NCBI GenBank assembly: GCA_963835065.1 | Contig: CAWIEK010000053.1 | Location: 192,001-256,000, forward strand | DNA length: 64,000 bases | Direction of reading: 5' to 3' | DNA from: an uncultured Chthonomonadaceae bacterium | GTDB taxonomy: Bacteria; Armatimonadota; Chthonomonadetes; Chthonomonadales; Chthonomonadaceae | In this document: positions 1-10,279 of the stretch, in pieces | Numbering within the stretch: the stretch's first letter is position 1 | Layout of the letters: each line of letters opens with the position of its first letter | The notes under the pieces: generated by a model | Seen by the model: only the letters and a program-made list of their open reading frames with translations | Told to the model about the DNA's origin: nothing | Database searches by the model: none | Made by a program: the position numbers and the translations under genes

Positions 1-2
1 CC

Positions 3-686
3 GCAGAAATCGCGCAGGATTTGCAGGAGAGTCTGGAACGGCTTCAGGTGGACACGATAGACGTTTACTGGCTGCACCGCGATGATCCGGCCCGCCCGGT
101 CGGTGAACTGGTGGAAACGCTGCATGAGGCTGTTGCGCAGGGGAAGATACGCTGTTACGGGTTTTCAAACTGGTCTGTCGCGCGTATGGAAGCCGCGCTG
201 CACTACGCGCAGGAACGCAAGCTGACGGGTTTTGTCGCCAATCAGGTCGGCTGGAGTCTGGCGGAACGCAATCCGAATTGGGGCGACGCGACCATGCGCT
301 TCATGGATGAAGAGACGCAGGCGTTTCATAGCAGGACAGGGTTGATGGCGGCGGCGTACTCGTCACAGGCAAACGGCTTTTTCGCGGGCGCGTATGGGCG
401 CGGCAAACTTCCACCTACGCCCGGCGTCAATGCGGGCGTCGTGAATGCCTATTACAATGAAGCCAATTTCGCGCGGCTGGAACGGGCGCAAGAACTGGCC
501 GCGCATTACGGCTGCACTCCCAATGCCATTGCGCTTGCCTATCTGCTCGGTCAATCCTTCCCCGCCTGCGCCATCCTCGGCTGCGGCACTCTCGACCATC
601 TGCGCGAAAGCTGCGCCTACGCCTACTTTACACTTTCTGCGGAAGAAGTTGCTTGGCTCGATGAGTTCAGAGCAAGGAGTTATGAG
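3..686 (+). CDS. Aldo/keto reductase (5' partial; 3' end reads through into the next gene)
   Basis: SLERLQVDTIDVYWLHRDD, GKIRCYGFSNW and IALAYLL motifs of the AKR family. Confidence 0.85.
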
Positions 687-1269
687 ATGACTCACAAATT
701 TTCTGTGGAAAGATTGAGTTTGAAGAAAACGTACAACTTTCTGCGAGAAACTACAAATTTAATCTTACCTATCAAAAAGAAGAATGGAGTATGGATCTAC
801 CCTAAACCCTTTCTGAGAAAAAAGGAATTCAGAGCAGTCTGCTATAAGGCTCCAGAACTTAATGTCCCTGCGGAAGGGGAGGAGTACGGCATCTGGTGCC
901 TCGAAAACCTTACAATGCCCAAAACCTGGACTCTGGCGCTTAGGCATCTTTGACATGTCATTTAGAAACACATTGCTGTCTTATTCTTTCTTGTGCTGAA
1001 CGATTTCGCGGACGTTGATTTTACAGACGCCATTCTCGAAGAGTGTGATATGCGTCGTTGCAATTTCGAAAATGTGTGTTTTGTTGGGCGGATTTAAGCA
1101 GGGCAGACCTGAGAATGTCTTGCTTCGAGAATTGCAACTTCTCTGATGCGAACATGACGGGTACGAAGAAATGACACGCTCTCAAGTCAAAGGATTAAAT
1201 CTGTCAGAGCAACAAATGCAACAAATAGACTGGAAGCTTAAAGACGGCACAGAACCGCCAGGAGGTTAG
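687..1269 (+). pseudogene. Pentapeptide-repeat protein, multiply frameshifted
   Basis: Own AAGGAG RBS before ATG 687; fragments DFADVDFTDAILEECDMRRCNFENV / ADLRMSCFENCNFSDANM / DWKLKDGTEPPGG*; AT-richer than flanks. Confidence 0.6.
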
Positions 1270-1359
1270 CAAGTGCAGCTTTACATGTGCATAAAAGGAG
1301 GCTTCTGTTGCCGTATGAACGAGAGCATAATATTCTCTGAGAGGACAGAGGTGCCGCGT

Positions 1360-1649
1360 TTATAAGTCGTCATAAACGGCGTCCTCGTCATTATCCCAGA
1401 CCTTTGTAAATGCGGGTTCGGAGAGCGCATCAGGGAACGGGTTAATTTCGCGTCGTCAATTTCATCGGCAGTTGGTAATTGAAGCAAATCGCGCCCTAAA
1501 ATACGCCAATTACGCCCAATCTTCACACCACGCGCAAGACCGGCATCCAGTAGATGCTGGACGCTTCGCCGCGAAATGCGCAACATGGCAGCCACTTCTT
1601 CGGGCGTGTAGTAGATATTCGGACTGATTTCGAGCTTCTGCATACTCAT
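1360..1649 (-). CDS. Excisionase-like HTH (HTH_17) antitoxin with DUF2281-like tail; one frameshift near 1425; followed by a 7-codon MazF-like stub (MTTYKRG)
   Basis: YYTPEEVAAMLRISRRSV...GVKIGRNWRI; alternate frame gives LSEPAFTKVWDNDEDAVYDDL* overlapping ATG 1373. Confidence 0.65.
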
Positions 1650-1722
1650 TTAACAAGATTTCCCGCCGTGCTTCCGGCAGAGTAGATTGCCACATTCTTG
1701 AAATTATACCACGCCTGTCAGG

Positions 1723-1803
1723 AGCTGCGCCTACGCCGACTTGAAATTGCAGCCGGAAGCAGCAGCATGGCTCGAAGGAAGTAACCTCACACTTGGTTCT
1801 TAA
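1723..1803 (+). pseudogene. Displaced alternative 3' end of the AKR gene
   Basis: 15-bp exact repeat of 609-623, then SCAYADLKLQPEAAAWLEG vs SCAYAYFTLSAEEVAWLDE. Confidence 0.7.
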
Positions 1804-1838
1804 TTCTAACTGTGCTGTGTATTAGGAAGGGTGTTCGC

Positions 1839-2201
1839 TTATTTGTCCGCCCGTGCCTTGTCCGCCAACTGAATGTTGTGTGCCTGCACAATCGCCTGCA
1901 GCAATCCCGGAAAACGCGTCTCGATCTCCGCACAGCGAGCGGTGTTGCGCATCTCAACCCCCTGCCGCTCGCTTCGGATGAGACCCGCTTCACGCAGGAT
2001 TTTGAAATGCCGAGAAAGCGTTGATTTCGGGATCGCTATCGCGCTGATGTTGAGGAAGCGCGAACAGGTCTGGGGGCAGCCCGAACTAATAATGTCGGCG
2101 TAGATCGCCACACGCACCGGATCGGCAAGCGCATACAGGATGCCTTCTACCGTGATGTCTTCCACGGACGGATGATAGAGAGATCGCATAGGTTTGGTCA
2201 C
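1839..2201 (-). CDS. ArsR/SmtB family transcriptional regulator
   Basis: ALADPVRV...PKSTLSRHFKILREAGLI; divergent from SDRs. Confidence 0.9.
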   Translation of the reverse strand: MTKPMRSLYHPSVEDITVEGILYALADPVRVAIYADIISSGCPQTCSRFLNISAIAIPKSTLSRHFKILREAGLIRSERQGVEMRNTARCAEIETRFPGLLQAIVQAHNIQLADKARADK

Positions 2202-2363
2202 ACGGTCCTTACGGCCGTTTCATATCAGATTTGCCGGATTTGCCAAATTTGCCAGGTGAGCGCACGTTCGCATAGGTTCGTGCAGGTTTAAGTCCAGGCT
2301 GCTTACACTGCTTCCCTACGTATACAGTGCGCAGGGTGTTAGCCCTTCCCATCGCGTGGAAAA

Positions 2364-2404
2364 AATAGTTCAACTGTTCATTATTTCGGAACTATTGAAC
2401 TATT
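2364..2404. promoter_or_regulatory. Inverted-repeat operator between arsR and the SDRs
   Basis: AATAGTTCAA...TTGAACTATT with inner GTTC/GAAC symmetry. Confidence 0.6.
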
Positions 2405-2512
2405 CTAAGGCGTAGAGTCGCGTAATTGTTGTTCCAAGGCTAATCCTCTTTCCTTCTGGACGATGCGGGACGCCGGAACAGGATGCAAGCAGGCATAGAA
2501 AAGGATACGAAC

Positions 2513-3259
2513 ATGGGCAAACTTACGGGAAAGGTCGCCGTTGTCACCGGCGCCTCAAAGGGCATCGGCGCCGGTATCGCCAAAGGACTGGCCGCGGAAG
2601 GCGCTTCGGTCGTCGTCAACTACGCTTCCAGCAAATCCGGTGCAGACGCTGTCGTCTCAGTTACGGAGGAGGCGGGAGGAACCGCAGTCGCCGTCGGAGG
2701 GGATGTTTCGACCGAAGCAGGCGCACAGGGCATTGTGGACGCCGCCATCCGCAACTATGGCCGTCTGGATGTGCTGGTGAATAACTCAGGAGTTTATGAT
2801 TTCGCTCCCCTGGAGGCCGTGACCGAAGCGGAGTTCCATCGCATCTTCAATACCAATGTGCTGGGCACGGTGCTGGTCACGCAGGCGGCAATCAAACACA
2901 TGGGCGAAGGCGGAAGCATTATCAACATCGGTTCCGGCGCCAGCCGTCTGACGCCCGCCAACTCCACAATCTATACCGGCACCAAAGGCGCGCTGGATGC
3001 GATTACCGGCGTCTGGTCGCGTGAATTCGGCCCGAAGAAGATCCGGGTGAACACAATCAACCCTGGTATGGTCGAGACCGAAGGCGCCCGTAGCGGCGGC
3101 TTCATCGGCTCGGACTTCGAAAAAACGCTGATTGCGCAGGCGCCGCTTGGTCGCACAGGGCAAGTCAGCGACATTGCTCCCATTGCCGTTTTTCTGGCCT
3201 CCGACGACTCCGGCTGGCTTACGGGGGAGCAGCTTCTCGCCACTGGTGGCATTCGCTGA
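2513..3259 (+). CDS. Short-chain dehydrogenase/reductase (FabG-like)
   Basis: TGASKGIG, NNSG, YTGTK. Confidence 0.93.
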   Translation: MGKLTGKVAVVTGASKGIGAGIAKGLAAEGASVVVNYASSKSGADAVVSVTEEAGGTAVAVGGDVSTEAGAQGIVDAAIRNYGRLDVLVNNSGVYDFAPLEAVTEAEFHRIFNTNVLGTVLVTQAAIKHMGEGGSIINIGSGASRLTPANSTIYTGTKGALDAITGVWSREFGPKKIRVNTINPGMVETEGARSGGFIGSDFEKTLIAQAPLGRTGQVSDIAPIAVFLASDDSGWLTGEQLLATGGIR

Positions 3260-3391
3260 AGGTGAAAGCCGTTACCAACTATTCGATGTAAAGCGATGCG
3301 CCTGCGGGAACCAGGTTCATTGCCCAATTTTTCAATCGCCCTGATCTTCTTATACGAAGATCAGCCGCGCCATTTTATAAAAGGAACCACA

Positions 3392-4141
3392 ATGAGTAAA
3401 TTAGCAGGTAAAGTCGCCCTGATTACCGGGGGCAACAGCGGTATGGGACTTGCCACCGCCCAACTTTTCGCCCGCGAAGGCGCCAAAGTCATTATCACCG
3501 GCCGTCGCCAAAAGGAGACGGAAGAGGCCGCGCAGAGCGCAGGAGACAATGTCGAAGGATTTGTCGGGGACATTGCGAATCTGGCGGATTTAGACCGTCT
3601 GCATGACCATCTCGCCAAAATTTATGGCAAAGTAGACATCATATTCGCCAACGCGGGCATTGGCGACTTTGTTCCCTTCGGACAGGTGACGGAGGAGCAG
3701 TTCGACCGAGTATTTGCGGTGAACGTCAAAGGAACCTTCTTCACCGTGCAGAAGTTGCTGCCTCTGATTCCCGATGGTGGCTCGGTGATCTTGAACGGCT
3801 CGAATGCCAGCATCAAAGGCATGGAAGCGTTCAGCACGTATTCCGCCACCAAAGCCGCTCTGCGCTCGTTCGCGCGAACCTGGACGACGGATCTCAAAGC
3901 GCGCAAAATTCGGGTCAACGTTCTTTCCCCCGGCCCGATAGATACGCCTATCTTTGGGAAAGCTGGATTGACCGACGAGCAGATCGAGGGGTTCAAGTCC
4001 CAGATAGCCTTTCAGGTTCCTCTGGGCCGTATTGGGCATGTGGACGAGATCGCGCTTCCCGCTCTCTTCCTCGCCTCCGACGACAGCAGTTTTGTGACGG
4101 GAACGGAACTCTTCGTGGATGGCGGCATGGCGCAAGTGTAG
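3392..4141 (+). CDS. Short-chain dehydrogenase/reductase
   Basis: TGGNSGMG, ANAG, YSATK. Confidence 0.93.
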   Translation: MSKLAGKVALITGGNSGMGLATAQLFAREGAKVIITGRRQKETEEAAQSAGDNVEGFVGDIANLADLDRLHDHLAKIYGKVDIIFANAGIGDFVPFGQVTEEQFDRVFAVNVKGTFFTVQKLLPLIPDGGSVILNGSNASIKGMEAFSTYSATKAALRSFARTWTTDLKARKIRVNVLSPGPIDTPIFGKAGLTDEQIEGFKSQIAFQVPLGRIGHVDEIALPALFLASDDSSFVTGTELFVDGGMAQV

Positions 4142-4299
4142 GATCAACGCCAGGTCTTTCGAAAATGCTCGTCCGATTGTTTGTGAAGAAGATAGAATAA
4201 AGTACAAAATAACGCGGAAAAAGTGAACCCTTTGCCCCACACATTCGTCTGAATAGTAGTACAAGAGTCTACCATTCAGACGGATGATATCCAAATAGG

Positions 4300-4511
4300 A
4301 AGGGAGGTGCATGAGGATGTTCCCCTTCTCCCGTTCGCCCTGACGCTTTCGAGGTCACGACGCCTCTCTCCTACAACCAGACACAACGAGACATCGGGCT
4401 GGAAGCGCTGTATTGCCAAGATTTCGACGCTGCCTCTACATACCCTTTTCCCGACGTGCTTTCGGCAAAGTAGATTGCCACTTTCTTGAAAGACTATCAC
4501 GCCTGTCAGGA
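4300..4511 (+). repeat. Dispersed repeat element, copy 1 (inverted copy at 28600-28752; right-end copy at 1652-1723)
   Basis: Direct visual alignment of the three loci. Confidence 0.85.
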
Positions 4512-5966
4512 AATGATAGATTGAATTGGTTCGACGGGGACGACGCCGACGAGTTTCTGGTTCAGGCCGCCGTAGAAGTAGGAGAGGCGGTTCGGGTCCA
4601 TGCCCATCTGGTGCAGAATGGTGGCGTGGAGGTTCTTGACGTGGTAGCGGTCTACCGCCGCTTCCATGCCCAATTCATCCGTTTCGCCCGCCGACACGCC
4701 GCCTTTGATGCCGCCGCCCGCCATCCACATCGTATAGCCGTAAGCGTTGTGGTCGCGGCCATCTCCCGTGCCGTGCGACGTGCGCCCGAACTCCCCGCCC
4801 CACACCACAAGCGTTTCGTCCAGCAATCCGCGCTGTTTCAAATCTTTCAGCAGTCCGGCAATGGGCTTGTCCGTGCGCCCCGCGTTGCGGTTGTGGTTGG
4901 CGACAAGGTTGCCGTGCGCGTCCCAAAAGTTCAGGAAGTTGGTGTTGCCGCCGCCCGCGTACAATTGGATGAAGCGGACGCCCCGCTCCACCATGCGCCG
5001 GGCGAGCAGGCAGCGATAGCCGAAATCGCGTGTTTCTTCCTTGTCCATGCCGTACAGCGCTTTGATGTTTTCCGGCTCATGCGGCAAGTCTACCACTTCG
5101 GGCGCAAAAATCTGCATTTTGTACGCGAGTTCGTAACTGGAGATACGCGCGGCGAGATTGGAGTTGTCGCTGCGGGTCTGGCGATGCCCTTCATTGAAAT
5201 GCTTGAGCGTGTCCAGCATGTCGCGCTGCATTTCATCGGTCATGCCATCCGGGCGCGTCAGATCAAGAATCGGATCGCCTGCCGCCCGCAGAACGGTTCC
5301 TTGATACGCGGCGGGCATGTAGCCGCTGCTCCAGTTTTTCGCGCCGGAAATCGGCCCGCCCGTCGTATCCGTCATCACGACAAAACCGGGCAGGTTCTGG
5401 TTGGCCGTGCCCAACCCGTAGTTGACCCACGATCCCAGACTGGGACTGCCGGAAATGATTTTCCCCGTGTTCATCTGAATCATCGCGGAGCCATGTACGG
5501 GCGCGTCCGAATACAGCGAATGGATAAACGCCATGTCGTCCACATGCTGCCCAACATGCGGGTACAGGTCGGAAACGTGTTTGCCGCACTGCCCGTACGG
5601 CTTGAACTTCCACTGCGGCTCCATCAGTTTCAGTTGTTTGGGCTTGTTGCCCTCGCGGAAACTGCGCACCGTAATGGTTTGCCCGTCCCGTCCGATCAGA
5701 TGCGGCTTATAATCGAACGTATCAAGCTGACTCGGCCCGCCATACATGAACAGGAAGATAACCGATTTGGCTTTGCCCGGCAGTTGCGGCGGTTTGGCAG
5801 CCAGAGGATTAGGTGTTGGGTGTTGGGTATTGGGTGTTGGGGCAGCGTTGGCGGGGGGCGCGAAGAAGCCGTCGGCGGACAGCATGCCTGTCAGTGCCAG
5901 CCCGGTAAAGCCCGCGCCGGTTTCCCACAACATTTCGCGCCGTGTTTTGCCGCATAATCCACTCAT
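4506..5966 (-). CDS. DUF1501 domain protein (Tat-like N-terminus)
   Basis: TRREML, AKSVIFLFMYGGPSQLDTFDYKP, WDAH, GEFGRT, GRDHN. Confidence 0.92.
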   Translation of the reverse strand: MSGLCGKTRREMLWETGAGFTGLALTGMLSADGFFAPPANAAPTPNTQHPTPNPLAAKPPQLPGKAKSVIFLFMYGGPSQLDTFDYKPHLIGRDGQTITVRSFREGNKPKQLKLMEPQWKFKPYGQCGKHVSDLYPHVGQHVDDMAFIHSLYSDAPVHGSAMIQMNTGKIISGSPSLGSWVNYGLGTANQNLPGFVVMTDTTGGPISGAKNWSSGYMPAAYQGTVLRAAGDPILDLTRPDGMTDEMQRDMLDTLKHFNEGHRQTRSDNSNLAARISSYELAYKMQIFAPEVVDLPHEPENIKALYGMDKEETRDFGYRCLLARRMVERGVRFIQLYAGGGNTNFLNFWDAHGNLVANHNRNAGRTDKPIAGLLKDLKQRGLLDETLVVWGGEFGRTSHGTGDGRDHNAYGYTMWMAGGGIKGGVSAGETDELGMEAAVDRYHVKNLHATILHQMGMDPNRLSYFYGGLNQKLVGVVPVEPIQSIIS

Positions 5967-6007
5967 GCTGTCGTTCTCCTAATTCCAAAACCGTTTCAAC
6001 AAACGTT

Positions 6008-6115
6008 CGTAGGGACACAACATGTTGTGTCCGCAATCTGCCGTTGTGTCCGTAATTTATCTTCTTCGAGCGAGGACATCATTCGAGCGAGGACACAACA
6101 TGTTGTGTCCCTACG
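6008..6115. repeat. GTAG-type REP doublet
   Basis: CGTAGGGACACAACATGTTGTGTCC ... GGACACAACATGTTGTGTCCCTACG, each arm a perfect 20-bp palindrome. Confidence 0.75.
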
Positions 6116-6156
6116 CCGTTAATTTGAAGTTGAAGCCTGCTTGTTCGTTGTCTGTC

Positions 6157-9138
6157 TTAATCCAGATAGAGAAATTCGTCCAAATTTAAGGCCATCAGGC
6201 AGAGCAGGTTTTGCGCCTGTTCCGGCTTTGCGCCGCGCCGCTGTAATCGCGTCAGCAGGTTCATGCCTTCAGCAATTTCTGCACTCGTTGGCGGACGCTG
6301 CTGTACGAGGGTCAGGACGCGGGTGGTGAAGGCGCGGGGTTCCTGACCGACTTCATGCCGCACTCGCGCCGCCAGTACACTCGCCTGCTTGTTGACAAAG
6401 GGGCCGTTTATCATGCCCAATGCCTGCGTGGGCTGCGTGGACGCGAAGCGGGCGGGCGTGGTGCGGTCAGTTTCCGGCAGGTCGAAGTTTGCCAGAAGGG
6501 GATAAATCAGCGAACGCTTGACGTGAATATAAATGCTGCGCCGGTTTACGTCTTCGGGTTTCATCTGCTCCGTATGCCAGTCCGCGCCGGGGATGGACTG
6601 CCCCGCCAGTATCTCTTTCGGGATTTCCGGGTAGATGCTGTCGCCGTACATCGTCGGGTTCAGGTTGCCCGCCACCGCTAGAAGGCTATCACGTATCTCT
6701 TCCGCCGTCAGCCGCCGCATATCGAACCGCCAGAACAAATCATTCTGCGGGTCCCGCGCCAATGCCGTCGGGTTGACCTGCGACGACTGCTTGTACGCAT
6801 TGCTCATCAATATCAGCTTGTGCAGTTTTTTGAAACTCCAACCGCAGGCAAAGGAGTTGATAGTTGAGAGTTGATAGTTGATAGGAGCGGCTTCATCCTT
6901 CATCCTTCCGCCTTCATCCTTTGCAACGAAGTTGCTTGCCAGCCAGTTCAGCAGTTCGGGATGCGTGGGGGCGGCTCCTTGCAGTCCGAAGTCGTTGGGG
7001 GTGCGTACCAGTCCCCTGCCGAAATGGTGCTGCCAGATGCGGTTGACGATCACGCGGGCGGTGAGCGGATTGTTGGGACTGGTGAGCCAGTTGGCGAGGG
7101 CGAGGCGCTGCCCGGTGGTTTTGGCGTTAGGAAGGGGACCGGGAAGCGTAGCCGTGCCGCCGCCTGCGCAAATGGGAAAACCCGCCTCCACTTTGTCACC
7201 CGGCGTGTTCGGATTGCCGCGCTGCATGAGAAACGTATCTGCAGGCTTGGGGCCGGATTCGCTGACGCACAGAATTTTTTCCGCGCTCGGTTGCTCCTGC
7301 TTGTCCAGTTCGGATTTGGTTTTTACAAGCTGCGCGTACTGGTTGGCGCGTTCCTGCGTGAACAAAATCGGGAGTTCGGCCGCTAGCAGGGTGGGCAGTC
7401 CCATCGCGTCACAGCTTTCCGCTGTGGAAAGGGGACGCCGCGCAAATCCCGGCCCGCTCCATGCCACGCTGATGCCGAACGGCCCTCTGCCTTGCAGATA
7501 ATCCAGCCGGAACGGCACCGACCCGGCGTCAAGATGCATGGTTGCATGCTGTTCCTGCCCCTGTCCGCCCGGCGAGTTTTTTCCAGCGTTTTCTTGCCCG
7601 CAAGCGAGATACGCGAGCTGTCGTCGCTGTCCAGATAAAAGGTGTACTCGCCCTCTTTCGGCGCGTTCAGGATTCCCTCAAACACAAAGCCGAAGTTTTC
7701 CTCGCGCTTGTGCGGGCGCAGGTCAATGAACGCAGGCGTCAGAGTACGCCGACTGAAACGGGTTTCAGTTTGTCGAAGTTGGGGAAAGCCGGCTAGGCTC
7801 CCTGAAAATAGCGGTAATGCAGGTCGGACAGGTCGCTCGGATTGACAAGCTGCGCCCGTGTTCGCGCCATGCGGTTTCGATGGCAGCGATTGCCGCTTGA
7901 TTGGCTTTGCGTTTGGCCGCCAGTTCCGTGACTGCGCGCTCGTACTCCTGCTTCTTTTCCGCGGTTGGGAAGTACAGGGCTTCGTCGGTCGGCCCGCCAT
8001 TTTTGAAGCGGTTGATGTTGTGGAAGATGGCAAGGAAGCGGTAATAATCTTTTTGCGGGATTGGGTCGAGTTTGTGGTCGTGGCAGCGGGCGCAGTCCAG
8101 CGTCAGGCCCAAAAACGCCTGCCCGGTCGTGGCAACCAGATCATCCAGTTCGTCGTACTGCGCCTGCAGCATGTCGGCAGGCTCATCGTCCCAGATGCCC
8201 AGGCGATAATAAGCGGTTGCGACGAGGGCATCGCCGTTGGCGTCGGGCAGTTCATCGCCGGCGATCTGTTCGCGCACAAAGCGGTCATAAGGCTTGTCGT
8301 CGTTGAAGGCGCGGATCACGTAATCGCGGTACTTGGTGATGTAGGGTTTGGGGTTGTCGCGCTCGTAGGAATTGGTTTCTGCATAGCGCACGAGATCGAG
8401 CCAGTGCCGCCCCCATTTTTCGCCATAGTGCGGACTGGCAAGCAGGCGATCCACAACTTTTTCCTAGGCGTTGGGCGATTTGTCGTTTTCAAACGCGCTC
8501 ACTTCTTCGGGCGTGGGCGGCAGGCCGATCAAATCGTAGGTGACGCGGCGGATCAGTTCGCGGCGGGTGGCGGTGGGGGAAGGTTTTAATCCGGATGCTT
8601 CCAAACGCTGCACAATAAAAGCGTCAATGGGATTGCGTATCCAGGCGGCATTATGCGCGTTTTTGATTGTGGGCACAATGGGACGCGTTAGTGGCTGAAA
8701 TGCCCAGTGCGTTTTGCCTTTTTCCATCAGCGAAGGCGCGGACAGCGTGGCGTTCGTCGGCCATTTCGCGCCCTGCCGCACCCACGTTTCCAGCGCGGCG
8801 ATTTTGTCTGCGGGCAGGCTGGCTCCAAGCGGCATACGCGGCTTGCCGCCTTCGCCTTTGATGCGGCGAACCACTTCCTGCGCCTGCGCCGCCGAAACAG
8901 GCGCGTCCAAACGCAAGTCGCCCTGCGCCGCGTCCTTGCCATGACACCCCACGCACGAGGCCAGCAGCGTAGGCCGTACTTTCGACTCAAACAAATTAGA
9001 GTTGGAAGCCGCCGGAGGAGAAGGAACGGGAACAGGCAACGGCGCGGTTTTTTGTCCCCATGCCGCCAGCGTCAGCAGCGCAATCGGCAACGCCACGCCC
9101 ATCTGCAAACTCATTCGTACTCGCCTGTGTTGTTTCAA
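6157..9138 (-). CDS. Planctomycete cytochrome c / DUF1549 / PA14 / DUF1553 protein, split by an in-frame TAG (8464) and frameshifts (about 7770, 7570)
   Basis: CVGCH, NPIDAF, YGEKWGRHWLDLVRYAET, CARCHDHK, YTFYLDSDD, ARVIVNRIWQHHFGRG, PTHPELL. Confidence 0.88.
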
Positions 9139-9200
9139 ACCGTCTTCCTATCTCGTGAAATACTGTCCGGGTACTGAAAGTACCCGGCAGGAAAGTACAA

Positions 9201-9283
9201 GCGTCCTGCGGACGCGGGAATCTTTCTACAGAGTTGCGTCCGTAGGACGCTTGTTTTGTTCAGACGGGGATTTTCAATCCCCG
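9201..9283. repeat. Small palindromic REP-like units (GCGTCC-N3-GGACGC twice, GGGGATT..AATCCCC); one more copy at about 22410
   Basis: Palindromes seen directly. Confidence 0.55.
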
Positions 9284-9697
9284 GCAACAGACAAGGCAAG
9301 GCCGCGCCTGCAAAATGGAGCCATCTTCTTAAAGATTGACACTTTTTTGCGGGCAAAGTAACAGGAAAGTGGCGGGGAAACAGGCGGGAAAGGCAAGTCT
9401 GAAAAATTATGACTAAACAGTCCTAAAATCAGGAACCATGCGCGTTTTGAAGTGGTACAATAAGATAGACTTAGACGACTTTAGCATGGTACGCGCAAGT
9501 CGAAAGCCAAAGCAAAGAATATAGGCCGGGATTGAAACATTGCGCTTCCGAGGTGCGTATATCCTTCACCGGCTTCCTGTTAAGTGGCCCCTGCATAGTA
9601 CCAGAAGCGGAGGGACGCTGAAAGTTCGTAGTTCCTGCATGTCTATCAAGTAAGAACTATCAACTATCAACTTCTTTAGTAAGGAGGGTGGGAAAGA

Positions 9698-10138
9698 ATG
9701 GCGAGACGAGAGTATAACCCGCTCGATGTGTTCCTGCTGTTGGATTCCGATATTCGCCGTACGGCGGTAAATGCGCAGCGCGCGCTTCAATTTCAGCCCG
9801 CGATTGATATGTACGAAACCGCGTCGGCGCTCGTCGTGGAAATGGAACTGGCCGGGATTGTGCCGGAGCGGTTGAGCATCACGCTGTCGGCGGATGACCG
9901 CGTTCTCAGCGTTGCGGGCGAACGGCGCGAACCGCAGGCCGACCACCGGGAGCGGACGCGCTGCTATCATCTGGAAATTTTCTTCGGGCAGTTTGAGCGG
10001 CAAATCGTATTGCCCTCCAATGTCGCCTTCGACCGCGAAAACATCACGGCCAATTACCGCGACGGCTTTCTCATCATCGCCCTGCCCAAACGCGCCGAAC
10101 CCCGCCATGAGAAGCGGGTAATTCAAGTGCAGAAGTAG
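9698..10138 (+). CDS. Hsp20/alpha-crystallin small heat-shock protein
   Basis: PAIDMYET, ELAGI, GQFERQIVLP, ITANYRDGFL. Confidence 0.92.
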   Translation: MARREYNPLDVFLLLDSDIRRTAVNAQRALQFQPAIDMYETASALVVEMELAGIVPERLSITLSADDRVLSVAGERREPQADHRERTRCYHLEIFFGQFERQIVLPSNVAFDRENITANYRDGFLIIALPKRAEPRHEKRVIQVQK

Positions 10139-10274
10139 TGAGTAGTGAGTAGTCAGTAGTCAGTAGAAGTCCTACTCACTTCTTTCTTAATTGCACAAGC
10201 TTAATTGCACAAGGCTTTGAGTAGACAGGCATTTCTACTGACTACTGACTACTCACTACTCACTACTCTTGGAG
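10134..10274. repeat. Heptamer-repeat inverted element (AGTAGTC/G)n...(CTACTGA/CA)n
   Basis: Tandem 7-mers in inverted orientation; core shared with 22489-22605. Confidence 0.85.
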
Positions 10275-10279
10275 CCAAC

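Noticed and set aside
21..953. AKR-pentapeptide fusion as a real 310-aa protein
   Set aside because: The downstream part has its own RBS and ATG, different composition and is itself broken; read-through is likely accidental.
4341..4343. TGA in the mini-ORF as selenocysteine
   Set aside because: The read-through frame hits a stop in the second copy, and I see no redox motif or clear SECIS.
8464..8466. In-frame TAG (and the TGA near 21353) as stop-codon reassignment
   Set aside because: Both fit point changes from TGG or Tyr codons, and TAG/TGA terminate many normal genes in this window.
9405..9490. CIRCE or HAIR heat-shock operator upstream of hsp20-lon
   Set aside because: Only an imperfect inverted repeat; it matches neither consensus.
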